Source: a virus (lineage: Duplodnaviria; Caudoviricetes). Taken from it: a DNA stretch of 64,000 nt. The stretch covers positions 192,001-256,000 of the IMG/VR virus record IMGVR_UViG_3300011226_000001. One strand, written 5' to 3'. Below the pieces are notes generated by a model. It was not told the origin of the DNA and did not search any database. It saw nothing but the letters and a program-made list of their open reading frames with translations. Each line of letters starts with the position of its first letter. Within the stretch, counting starts at the first letter, position 1. The position numbers and the translations under genes were made by a program. This document shows, in pieces, positions 1-9,205 of this stretch.

Positions 1-1
1 G

Positions 2-700
2 CGCTGTCTGCCTACGCTCAATGATCGTGATACAATGTCTGTCGGTAATAAAAAGCCGGGGATGTTGTGTTACGTCACTGAGACCAAGAAGATGTATCAG
101 CTTGGTGCAGACAACGTGACGTGGGAAGAAGCGAAGTTCGGTGGTTCGAACTATAAGTTTGAGTCACCGTTCGTTACTGCTGTGGATGAAACAGGTCTAA
201 CGGTTGTTGGACTCGACCCAAGTAAGCAAGTGCCAGAACCTGAGTATGCGGGTATGACCCTCATGTCTGGTGCGAATGGCACAATGTTTTGGGCCGATAT
301 GAGTGGTAATGAACAGGCAGGTGTGCGTAAGACTGTAGAGTACGAAGCCGCTGACTACATTACGCCCGGCCAACAGCTTGATTTCGATCTGGCGATGAAC
401 AAAACGGTTATGCTGCTTTCTGTTAAACTGAACGCCTTTGACGTGGAATTGACTGCATATCAAAGTACACTTCGTGATGACAGAAACCCGTATATATTCC
501 GTTCCACTGCTAATTTTCTCGAAGATGATGGTGTGTTTACTGACGTGGATGAAGACAATAATCCTATCGTTCGTAAGCTGCGTCGATATTCCTTCTTGTC
601 TAACAAAGACAATACGCCTACAATCTCATGGCGTATGAAGAATATCGGTACATCACCATCGAAACCGAAACTCACTGTAACCTATCTGGTAATGGAGTGA
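2..700 (+). CDS. Virion structural/fibre-associated protein, 5'-truncated by the window edge
   Basis: Frame is open upstream of the ATG at 35 (RCLPTLNDRDTM...). The segment TLNDRD..GMLCYVTETKKMYQL resembles N-terminal motifs of phage fibre proteins. Confidence 0.6.
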   Translation, partial: RCLPTLNDRDTMSVGNKKPGMLCYVTETKKMYQLGADNVTWEEAKFGGSNYKFESPFVTAVDETGLTVVGLDPSKQVPEPEYAGMTLMSGANGTMFWADMSGNEQAGVRKTVEYEAADYITPGQQLDFDLAMNKTVMLLSVKLNAFDVELTAYQSTLRDDRNPYIFRSTANFLEDDGVFTDVDEDNNPIVRKLRRYSFLSNKDNTPTISWRMKNIGTSPSKPKLTVTYLVME

Positions 701-707
701 TAACCAT

Positions 708-1694
708 ATGGCTATTCAACGTGTAAATGCTACTAAGCTCGTAGGTCTGGAAAACCTGACCCGCGATCTCGTTGGCAAAATGATTACGGCTGGCTTCTCG
801 CTTGTAGCTGTTGACGGCAAGACAGGAACCACCGTAACACCTACTGCTAAGACTTTCTATCTGCTTGCTTCTGATGCTGTCGATCCTCTGTATCAGAATC
901 AGAAGTGGGGCATCATCCTGTCTGCAAGTGACGCGGACAAAACTCTGGCTGTAAACGTCCTGCCGGATAATCAGGTAAACAGCACTGACTACCGCGCAGC
1001 AAAACGCTCTGACACCGTTGAAATTGGCCGTATGTCTAAGTCTGGTCTGATGACTAACTTCTTCATCGATCTGACCAACGACTGGAAGATGGACCCAACT
1101 GCTGATACGTCTGCATACCCTCTGACGTATGACTTCATCACTACCGACCACGGCATCGCTCTGCACATCAACGCAGAAGGTTTCGATAACACCGGTACTG
1201 CATTTAGTTGGTTCGTTGTTCAGCGCGGCGTTCAGTCTACTGATACCAAACCTGGCGATCATAGTCCTCTGTTTGCAATCTTCTCCTGCGGAGGTGGTCT
1301 GGCAGGCGATCCGGACACATTCAAGCCAGACGCTATTCAGCGCTACACTGTAATCGAAGGGGGTATCTACTCTGCTACGGTTCCACTGTCTGCTGTGCAG
1401 CCGACGCCTGACTCTGCTCCTATCATCAACCCGCTCCAGCAGGTTATGATTGCAGAAGGTAACCGTGCTATCGTTCTGTTCCCGCAGATGATCAACACTC
1501 AGCGCTATGTGTACTTCGCTACACTAGATATGCTGGGTTATACGTCTGCTGACGTTCTCTCTGCTGGCTCCGAAGTTCAGTTGAACCCGCTGAAAGCAAC
1601 GAACAAAACCAAATACCTGGGCATGAACGCTAACGGTAAAGACAACCGTGGTATGCGTCTGATGCTTCCTATTGGCACTGGCGACGCTGCTTAA
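708..1694 (+). CDS. Virion structural protein, paralog A (candidate whisker/hair subunit)
   Basis: GGAG RBS. Collinear with the next ORF: TDHGIALHI/TDHGFALHI, SWFVVQR/SWLVVQR, IINPLQQV/VINPYQMV, NTQRY, GYTSADV/GYASADV, NRGMR/NTGMR. Confidence 0.65.
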   Translation: MAIQRVNATKLVGLENLTRDLVGKMITAGFSLVAVDGKTGTTVTPTAKTFYLLASDAVDPLYQNQKWGIILSASDADKTLAVNVLPDNQVNSTDYRAAKRSDTVEIGRMSKSGLMTNFFIDLTNDWKMDPTADTSAYPLTYDFITTDHGIALHINAEGFDNTGTAFSWFVVQRGVQSTDTKPGDHSPLFAIFSCGGGLAGDPDTFKPDAIQRYTVIEGGIYSATVPLSAVQPTPDSAPIINPLQQVMIAEGNRAIVLFPQMINTQRYVYFATLDMLGYTSADVLSAGSEVQLNPLKATNKTKYLGMNANGKDNRGMRLMLPIGTGDAA

Positions 1695-1713
1695 TTAAAG
1701 GGGACAACAACTC

Positions 1714-2895
1714 ATGAACAAACTGATTGTTAAATCTGGTTTCACCAGCAACTTGAAGATGTGGCGCTCAATCCTTGAGGATATGATTGCTAACGGATTC
1801 AAGCTGGTGAGCTACAACGGAACTATCGCGTCCTCTCTGCCGACAACCGACCTTGCGTCTTTCGTTCTCGAAGCGACAGACACTATCGACCCTCTGGCGG
1901 GTACTGGTACAGGTAAACAACGCTGGCGTATCGCCATGAAGGGCACAGAGAAGCGCACTCAATTGTACTGTGCTGCGCCTGAGCAGATTTCTGATACTGG
2001 TACTATTGCCAAGACCGGTACGGCTGCCACCAGCGCTGCCGGTGTACCTGAATATGCTGGTCAGATTGGTGCCCGCTACACTGGCATTACTGGCGGTACT
2101 ACTGGTGATAACGATGTGTGCTTCTATCATCGTGGTATCGCAGGACCAAGTAACTCCGTTTATTACGGTGGTACTATGTCTTACCCGACGAACGCCACCA
2201 ATGCCACTGCTGGTCAGCAGAACACTGACAGCCTGATTTGGGCAGACCCGGAAGCGACTCCGTTCACGTATCATCTGTCCTTCACTGATCACGGCTTCGC
2301 GCTGCATATCGGTGTTGAGGGTCGTGACTCTGATGGCTGCCGTGCTTCCTGGCTCGTTGTTCAACGTGCTATCAACTCTGATGGTACTGTTGTGGTTGAC
2401 GGCAAAGCTCCGTTGTTCTGTATGTTCAGCGTGAACGGTGGCGGCTCAATCAACAACGATATCGAAGTGCGTCCGGTATCGTACAGCCCAGGTTCATTCC
2501 AGATCATGCGCTACACCGTGCGTGAGTCAGACGTGAACGCACCGACTGTACCCGCACCAGCACACGTACACAGCGCTGATAGCTCTGCTGTTATCAACCC
2601 GTATCAGATGGTTCCGTTCTCCGAAGATAACCACTTCGATTTCCGTCTGCCTGCGGGCTTCAATACCCAGCGCTACAGCTACCCGTACGAAATGGATATC
2701 ATTGGTTATGCGTCTGCTGACGTTATCTCTAACGGTACTGAGATCGACGTGCAGGTGTACAACGAAATGGAAGACGACGGTAGCACACCGAAGAAGCGTA
2801 CCTACAAAGCTCTGACTGCTAACAGTCCGAACAACACCGGTATGCGTATCTTCTTCCTCAAAGGCTATAAAGCCAAAGAAGGCTCCGGAGCCTAA
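1714..2895 (+). CDS. Virion structural protein, paralog B
   Basis: Tandem paralog of 708..1694; followed by a terminator. Confidence 0.65.
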   Translation: MNKLIVKSGFTSNLKMWRSILEDMIANGFKLVSYNGTIASSLPTTDLASFVLEATDTIDPLAGTGTGKQRWRIAMKGTEKRTQLYCAAPEQISDTGTIAKTGTAATSAAGVPEYAGQIGARYTGITGGTTGDNDVCFYHRGIAGPSNSVYYGGTMSYPTNATNATAGQQNTDSLIWADPEATPFTYHLSFTDHGFALHIGVEGRDSDGCRASWLVVQRAINSDGTVVVDGKAPLFCMFSVNGGGSINNDIEVRPVSYSPGSFQIMRYTVRESDVNAPTVPAPAHVHSADSSAVINPYQMVPFSEDNHFDFRLPAGFNTQRYSYPYEMDIIGYASADVISNGTEIDVQVYNEMEDDGSTPKKRTYKALTANSPNNTGMRIFFLKGYKAKEGSGA

Positions 2896-2902
2896 TCCTC
2901 AC

Positions 2903-2926
2903 AGGGTGCCTTCGGGCACCCTTTTT
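2903..2926 (+). terminator. Rho-independent terminator
   Basis: AGGGTGCC-TTCG-GGCACCCT followed by TTTT. Confidence 0.9.
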
Positions 2927-2950
2927 AGTTTCCGCATCGTGAGGTGAACA

Positions 2951-5900
2951 ATGGCTGAAATGATTCCTGTAGTATCAGCTACTGGTGCGCAGTCGTGGTC
3001 TGGTAACGTAACTATCCAGAGCCATACTGACGCTCTGACGTTCCGTGTTGTTGGCGGTACGTTTGATGATGCTACCACAGAAAAGGATATCGCACCGAGT
3101 TCAGGTTCAGTATATCCGATTAGTCTTCTGGCTAACGTGACAGTTGCTGCCTCTGCTACGCAACCTGTGCTGCTCTATTACAAAGACGGTGACTTGTGGG
3201 TGCTTGTGCATTCTATGTCTCGCATCTTTGTCCGGCCGCAAACGAAAGAGCTGGATTATCGTCTGGTTACTCGTGGTATGGATGCAATGCCATTGGGCGC
3301 TGCAATCAATCCTACGTATGGCGGTCTTGTGCTTGGTGGTGGCGTTCGTATTCCCACTGTTCAAGACATGCAGCAAGGTAGTGTTGCAAAGTTCTCGGAC
3401 TTCGAATCTACCTTCTTCGACCTGACTAAACCCGTATCAATCGTCCATGACCGTGCAGCCCGTACGCTGTATTACATTCACACTGATGGTGATGTGTCGA
3501 ATACAAAAGTGTTCGGCGGTATGTATGACGTTGATATCGCAGGCTATAAAGTCAGTTACGACTCAACAGGCAAACGCAGTGCTGTAGTGTTCCACAAGTC
3601 AGGGCAAGTAGATGTTCTTGACGAAGCTATGACGCAGTTCGGTGAACCAAAGCAACTCGGATATCAGGTCAACCGTGTTGTGTGTCGTCGTGCTGGCGTT
3701 GGTGCTAACACTGTAGATAGCTACGTTGCGTTTGATGTAGATGGACGTGCGCATTACCTGAATGCCTCGTTCGTTGAAACGTCTGTTAAGTCAGACCAGT
3801 TCTATGTTAACGGCTCTGACAGTTATGATGTGCTGTCAACGCTTGATGGTAAGCTGGTGGGTGGTAATACGGCTGCTGCGCCTGCGTCCGTGTTCTGGTA
3901 TCAGTTCGTACCGAGTTCGTTACTCGTCTTCGGTCATGATGGTACTAACGTCTATCAGTTCAACATTCGTGATAACGTCCAGAACGTTGCTGCTCGTCCT
4001 CTTGTTGCTAACGACCTCGTTGTGTTCAACACGACTGCTGCTTGGACTGCTGCTGGCGGTAAGTTAGTTTCAGGTATGGACACGAACGGTAGCAATGCGC
4101 TGTTTGACTTTGCCTCTGCTGACAGTCCTACGCAGACACGCTCTGGTTGGCCTTACGTTGAACTCCTGACGCCGCCATATACGCAGGAAGATACGTATGA
4201 CCGTTTGTTCTATTACGCAGCGCGTCCTACCACAGGGTTGAAACACTTAGCTATCCGTGACTACACCGTGAACATGCCTGACCTGAGCAACATCAACTTA
4301 GGTCCGTCTGTGACGTTCAAGGTGACTGTCGATGCAGGTGACCCTGATATCGCTCTGCCTATTACCGCACCAGCAGGTGTGGCTGTTGCTGCTACGGTTG
4401 ACGTTACCACAACTGACATTGTTGACGGCAAAGAAGTCACGACAACCACGACCGTACCTGTAACGAAAGTGTACGACGGTCAGGAAGTCACTATCACGCT
4501 GAGTCATGCGTTTATCACAAGCACGTCGTTCCCTGTTTCTATCGGGCGTTCTGTTTATCAGTTCGAGATGAAAGCTGACGACACGCCTAACGCTTTCGCG
4601 TGGCAGAACATTCTGGGTGTTGACAACGACACTTGGAATCGTACCGAAGACGTTACGATCAGTGGCATTAACGTTGCTGCGCCCGTCAGTGTGCTGATTG
4701 ATGGTCAGGAAGACTACGACCGCGTTAAGATCTTTGTGGATGGTGTAGAGACAGCAATGCCTGTGCTCATTCGCAATAATCAAAAGCTCGGCTTCGAGAT
4801 TCTGCATGAGAATAACACGTCACGCATTGACGTTGATGTTGGACAAGGTACTTCACACTTCGGTATCTATACGATTGTCGAAGCGCAGATTGACGTAGGC
4901 CGTCACTGGGCGTACATGCCTATCGGTAAAGAAGTCAAATCTGATGTGTTCAAGAACACAGGTACTATTCCTCTCACGCTGACTATCGACTCTCCCGAAG
5001 GTGCTGTGTTTGCCGGCGGTAGTACGACGGTCACCGTGCCTGTGAATGGAACGACCAGCATTAAGTTCACGCCTACCGAAAACAAGCAGTACACGATCAA
5101 GTTCCACTCTGATCAGTTCAGCTATGAATGGTATGTGTGGGCAGATGCAGAATGGTTAGGAACACCAGCTCCGACTAAACGCGCAGAGCGTTATGTTATG
5201 GGCGATAGCGGTACGTTGTTCATCGACAACATTCCAGACAACTTCTGGACGTACTTCACTGTTCCTGCCGGTATGCTGCTTGACGTTGATGGTGTGCGTG
5301 TTGTTGTAGACCTAGACTCTCGTGGTGTGTACAAAGAGCAAGGCCTTGTTATGGGTCCGTTCGAGTGCGCAGACACGATGCTCAAAATCTACGGTCTGCC
5401 CTCGCACGATCAACCACACACGTTGATGTTTGGCAATGCACCGTTCGGTTGGTTGTATGATATGACGGTAGACCCGTCGTATAGCGCATACGCTACCGAC
5501 TCTGTGCAGATCTTCGACGTGACACCTCAAGACGCTGTTAATGAAGCTGTTGCTATCGTTGATAAGACGTTCGTAGGTACAGGTACGCACAGCGTTAACC
5601 TTGAGCCTGTGTATGACCCAGAGCTTGACGTGCAGCTCCAGTGGAATGACTTCGAACAAGGTCAGACCCATGCGAGTGAGCCTGTATCTCGTGTGGTGGA
5701 TTCTGGTGTGGCCACGAACGAACAGATCATAGCGGGTCATCAGTTTGTTCAAGGCAATGTCGAGAACCCTCAAGTTGTAGCTGGTCCTCAGTTCGATATG
5801 GGTCAGAAGGACTTCGTGGATAACTTCCGCATGTTCGATCTGATTGCGCGTTCTGATATTGTCATCGACAAGTTCGACCTGTTCGAACTCACACAGGGTC

Positions 5901-7276
5901 AGAAGGACGTCATCACGACAATGCCTCTGCCCTCGTTTGTCGATAACACCGACAGCGTTACGTCAGACACGTTCCCTCTGTTCGAGCTTACTGTTGGGCA
6001 GGAAGATACTGCCACGGACTTCCCGTTATTTGAAGCTACCGTAGGACAGGAAGATACTGTTACGGATTTCCCTCTGTTCGAAGCCACAGTAGGACAGGAA
6101 GATACTGTTACGGATTTCCCTCTGTTCGAAGCCACAGTAGGTGATGATGCTGTATCTGACTCGTTCAGTGCTGCGTTCGTCGAAGGTCCAGGTGTTGTTG
6201 TAGATACCTTCCTGCCTGACTTCACCGAAGAGCTGTATGCTGTTAGTGATACGTTCATCAACAACTTTGTTGAGAACATTGACTTAGCGCCGCAGTATTT
6301 CGATCTGCGTAGCCCGGAGCACCGCACTTTAACCAAGGCTAAGTCTGATCAGATTCTGCCGAAGTTTGCGAATGACAAAGCCCTCTATCCTGTCGATGCT
6401 CTTGAGGCCAGCAAGGTCGACAATCTCGGACTGTACGATGGCGGCTCCACTTCGCCTCGTCAAGCGTCTGCTAGTGGCTTGTACCAACAGGAAGTAACAG
6501 AAGCGCAGTACGTTCCGCCAAGTGCTGTGTACCAAATCGGTTGGGCTAGACCTCAATGGGTTCCCGTAACTATGACGTATCAAGTAGATGCGCATGTTGC
6601 GAAATACGTTGATCCTCTCTATCACCCTGCTGTTCTGTTCATGCCTGAAATTCCGTTTGTGCGTCGTATGGACGCTCCTGTGTACTATCACTGCGCACCA
6701 CTGGAACCTCAATGGGCGAAAGAACCTGTTCAGTACCCGGTATCACCGGCACCGAGCGACTTCTATCATCTGAAAGCAGTTGCAGGTCAGCACGAGTCAT
6801 TTGACCCTCACACTGTCGATACTCCTACAGTGTACACTCACTTGATTGAAGGTAAGTTCATTCAGTCGAGTCAGAGCGGTAAGACTGAGGAGTTAGGTAC
6901 ACGTCAGGTTAACACGGCGAAAGTCATCCCTGTTGCACGTAAAGCAGGTAATCCTGTCACTCCTAAACCGATTAGTGTAGAGATTCATAAGACACGTAGA
7001 TCCACCAGCAAGCCTTACGCTGTTCTTGCACCTGTTGTCGAAGCATGGACGGTTGAGCCTAACCACGGTTCGATTGACAAGCCTCTTGAAGAGGGCTATT
7101 TTGCTACGGAACTTGACGCGTTGCAGAACGCTACTCAAGTCTGGGGCTTCGATCCTTCTGTGGTGTATGCTATCCAGCAGCCTAACGGTTACTGGACTTG
7201 GGCTCAGGTTACTGTGTGTGAAGAATCTTGTGGTTCTATGTCCTGTGCCGCGAGAGGATATTTGAGCGGGGGCTAA
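2951..7276 (+). CDS. Large (1441 aa) virion fibre/appendage protein with 16-aa periodic C-terminal region
   Basis: GAGG RBS. Beta-rich N-terminal two thirds, FPLFEATVGQEDTVTD repeats, Cys-rich C-terminus (CEESCGSMSC). Confidence 0.6.
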   Translation: MAEMIPVVSATGAQSWSGNVTIQSHTDALTFRVVGGTFDDATTEKDIAPSSGSVYPISLLANVTVAASATQPVLLYYKDGDLWVLVHSMSRIFVRPQTKELDYRLVTRGMDAMPLGAAINPTYGGLVLGGGVRIPTVQDMQQGSVAKFSDFESTFFDLTKPVSIVHDRAARTLYYIHTDGDVSNTKVFGGMYDVDIAGYKVSYDSTGKRSAVVFHKSGQVDVLDEAMTQFGEPKQLGYQVNRVVCRRAGVGANTVDSYVAFDVDGRAHYLNASFVETSVKSDQFYVNGSDSYDVLSTLDGKLVGGNTAAAPASVFWYQFVPSSLLVFGHDGTNVYQFNIRDNVQNVAARPLVANDLVVFNTTAAWTAAGGKLVSGMDTNGSNALFDFASADSPTQTRSGWPYVELLTPPYTQEDTYDRLFYYAARPTTGLKHLAIRDYTVNMPDLSNINLGPSVTFKVTVDAGDPDIALPITAPAGVAVAATVDVTTTDIVDGKEVTTTTTVPVTKVYDGQEVTITLSHAFITSTSFPVSIGRSVYQFEMKADDTPNAFAWQNILGVDNDTWNRTEDVTISGINVAAPVSVLIDGQEDYDRVKIFVDGVETAMPVLIRNNQKLGFEILHENNTSRIDVDVGQGTSHFGIYTIVEAQIDVGRHWAYMPIGKEVKSDVFKNTGTIPLTLTIDSPEGAVFAGGSTTVTVPVNGTTSIKFTPTENKQYTIKFHSDQFSYEWYVWADAEWLGTPAPTKRAERYVMGDSGTLFIDNIPDNFWTYFTVPAGMLLDVDGVRVVVDLDSRGVYKEQGLVMGPFECADTMLKIYGLPSHDQPHTLMFGNAPFGWLYDMTVDPSYSAYATDSVQIFDVTPQDAVNEAVAIVDKTFVGTGTHSVNLEPVYDPELDVQLQWNDFEQGQTHASEPVSRVVDSGVATNEQIIAGHQFVQGNVENPQVVAGPQFDMGQKDFVDNFRMFDLIARSDIVIDKFDLFELTQGQKDVITTMPLPSFVDNTDSVTSDTFPLFELTVGQEDTATDFPLFEATVGQEDTVTDFPLFEATVGQEDTVTDFPLFEATVGDDAVSDSFSAAFVEGPGVVVDTFLPDFTEELYAVSDTFINNFVENIDLAPQYFDLRSPEHRTLTKAKSDQILPKFANDKALYPVDALEASKVDNLGLYDGGSTSPRQASASGLYQQEVTEAQYVPPSAVYQIGWARPQWVPVTMTYQVDAHVAKYVDPLYHPAVLFMPEIPFVRRMDAPVYYHCAPLEPQWAKEPVQYPVSPAPSDFYHLKAVAGQHESFDPHTVDTPTVYTHLIEGKFIQSSQSGKTEELGTRQVNTAKVIPVARKAGNPVTPKPISVEIHKTRRSTSKPYAVLAPVVEAWTVEPNHGSIDKPLEEGYFATELDALQNATQVWGFDPSVVYAIQQPNGYWTWAQVTVCEESCGSMSCAARGYLSGG
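5972..6141 (+). repeat. 48-bp (16-aa) coding tandem repeat, ~3.5 copies
   Basis: Units start at 5972, 6020, 6068 and 6116. 6041-6088 and 6089-6136 are identical at the DNA level. Confidence 0.95.
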
Positions 7277-7287
7277 TCCCCCGCTTT
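7265..7287 (+). terminator. Terminator-like hairpin overlapping the stop codon
   Basis: AGCGGGGG-CTAAT-CCCCCGCT then a short T run. Confidence 0.65.
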
Positions 7288-7298
7288 ACCTCGCGTAA

Positions 7299-7306
7299 GC
7301 TAATTT
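7299..7306 (+). promoter_or_regulatory. Candidate late promoter motif GCTAATTT
   Basis: The same 8-mer recurs in several intergenic gaps, just upstream of gene starts. Confidence 0.55.
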
Positions 7307-7339
7307 CAACGAGTGTTTGTACAACATAGAGACAATAAC

Positions 7340-9166
7340 ATGGTACTTTCCGTATCTGCATCATATCAAGATGCCGTATCGAAGTACGCGTGGATGAAGT
7401 ATACAGGTTCACGCGGAAAAGAAGTATCCCAACGAACTCATAAGCGCATGATTCGTGAAGGCGATATCTTCGGTATTCTCCCGCTGCGTAATGGCGGACG
7501 CTACACTCTCATTTTCCCTGATATGCCGCATGTTGACTTTCCACTCGACAAAGCTGCTGGCCTGTTCCTGATGGAACGCGCATCGAAGCTGCGCAAGGTA
7601 CCTGACGTTGTTAATCGTGAGAGTACTGGGCGTACTAAGACTGCCGGTGCTAAGACGATGGAGCGTCAACTCAATCGCAGTCAGTTCGATGCTGCTCGCT
7701 TCTCACCGCGTCGTGTCCCATCTGAATCGGTGTATGGCGTTAACTTCGACAACTATCAGTGGCGCATGGTTGCAAGCCCTGAATACCCTGTGAAAACTTC
7801 TAAGGGTATGACCAAGCTGTACAAGAACGACATGATTGGTGTGCGCTTCCTAAGACAGGGCAAAGGCGGTATCGTCATTAACTCTGAGGGCATGTTCCTT
7901 AAAGTTGATGATGCGCAGTATGACCTGATCGTGCATGACACCAACATCCTGCCGTTCAATGATTGGCCTAAAGGTGTTCTCACAGCAGAAGACGTTAAAG
8001 CCTATCGTCGTGTAGTTCGCCGAGCGCGTCGTCGTTCTGCACAGGAAGAGGAAGAAGCACAACGCCTTGCTAACAACGCTAAGATTCTGGAGCAGAAGCA
8101 ACAACGCAAAGAGCTACAGAAAGAAGCGAGCAAGAAAAAGCGCGAGCGTGAAGCTGAACTCAGCAGCTTACGTAAGAAAGTTCGTTCTGGTGAAGTTGAA
8201 GTTCCTAAACCAGAAGTGCGTACTGTCTACGAAGATGATGTTGATAGGCGAGGTAAGCGTGTGCGTGTAATCGAGGAAGAAATCTTGGATGATGAAATCG
8301 AAGAAATCGAAATCGACGCGGACCTCGACGAGCAGAAGCTCGAAGATATCCTGTCACGCAGTCCGTTCGCTGGCGATGCGTTCAATATCGAAGACTCTGT
8401 AGGCTCTTTGTTTGGTGGCGATGATTCACAAGACCACGAAGACCCTGAACTGGATCTGTCAGACATTGACGAACCAGAAGATGACGAAGAAGACGTACCG
8501 CCTAAGAAAGTCCGCACTAAAGCAGGTAAGAAAGCACAGCCTGCCGAAGAAGAGGAAAACCCTGATGCAGAAGAAGACGTTGACGATAGCGATCCAGATG
8601 CTGATGATGCAGATGATGGGGACGCCGATTCAGATACCGACGACGAATCTGTGGATGATGACTCCGCTGACGACGAAGGAACTGACGGAGAAGGTGAAGA
8701 TGGAGAAGACGAGGAAGAAGAGGAGGATGAATCCTCTGACACCTCTGACGCTGTAGACGAAACCGACGCAGACGAAGACCAAGACTCCGACGTTGCAGCC
8801 GCAGAGCAGGAAGCGAAAGAGACTGCCAAGAAGATTGCAGCCGCTAACAAATCTACTCCTCAACATCGCGCTGAGGAAGCAGAAGAGGGTGATGTGCTCA
8901 GGTTCAAGGCAGATGCGAAGCTCAATCGTGATTGGGTTATCGTGCGCGTCAGTACGCATTCTACCTCTGATAACATCGTCATCTATACGCTCTACGATAT
9001 CACCAATAGCCCAGACGAAGTACGTCAGGTGCGTGTGAACCGTGCGCGTAAACAGAACCTCTTTGACTATGCCGAACATGTGAAAGATATGGCGCCTAAG
9101 CTGTTCAATCGTGTGCTCGACATGACCGAAGATTTCCCTGTCAACAAAGACCCTATCGCCTCTTAA
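7340..9166 (+). CDS. Hypothetical protein: two copies of the shared ~65-aa domain, basic coiled coil and long acidic tract (candidate internal head protein)
   Basis: ATG 7340 gives MVLSVSA... and is preferred over GTG 7313. D/E-rich tract in the C-terminal half. Confidence 0.55.
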   Translation: MVLSVSASYQDAVSKYAWMKYTGSRGKEVSQRTHKRMIREGDIFGILPLRNGGRYTLIFPDMPHVDFPLDKAAGLFLMERASKLRKVPDVVNRESTGRTKTAGAKTMERQLNRSQFDAARFSPRRVPSESVYGVNFDNYQWRMVASPEYPVKTSKGMTKLYKNDMIGVRFLRQGKGGIVINSEGMFLKVDDAQYDLIVHDTNILPFNDWPKGVLTAEDVKAYRRVVRRARRRSAQEEEEAQRLANNAKILEQKQQRKELQKEASKKKREREAELSSLRKKVRSGEVEVPKPEVRTVYEDDVDRRGKRVRVIEEEILDDEIEEIEIDADLDEQKLEDILSRSPFAGDAFNIEDSVGSLFGGDDSQDHEDPELDLSDIDEPEDDEEDVPPKKVRTKAGKKAQPAEEEENPDAEEDVDDSDPDADDADDGDADSDTDDESVDDDSADDEGTDGEGEDGEDEEEEEDESSDTSDAVDETDADEDQDSDVAAAEQEAKETAKKIAAANKSTPQHRAEEAEEGDVLRFKADAKLNRDWVIVRVSTHSTSDNIVIYTLYDITNSPDEVRQVRVNRARKQNLFDYAEHVKDMAPKLFNRVLDMTEDFPVNKDPIAS

Positions 9167-9205
9167 CACTGTAAATACCAGTGTTAATGACGATTGGAGA
9201 AAATC

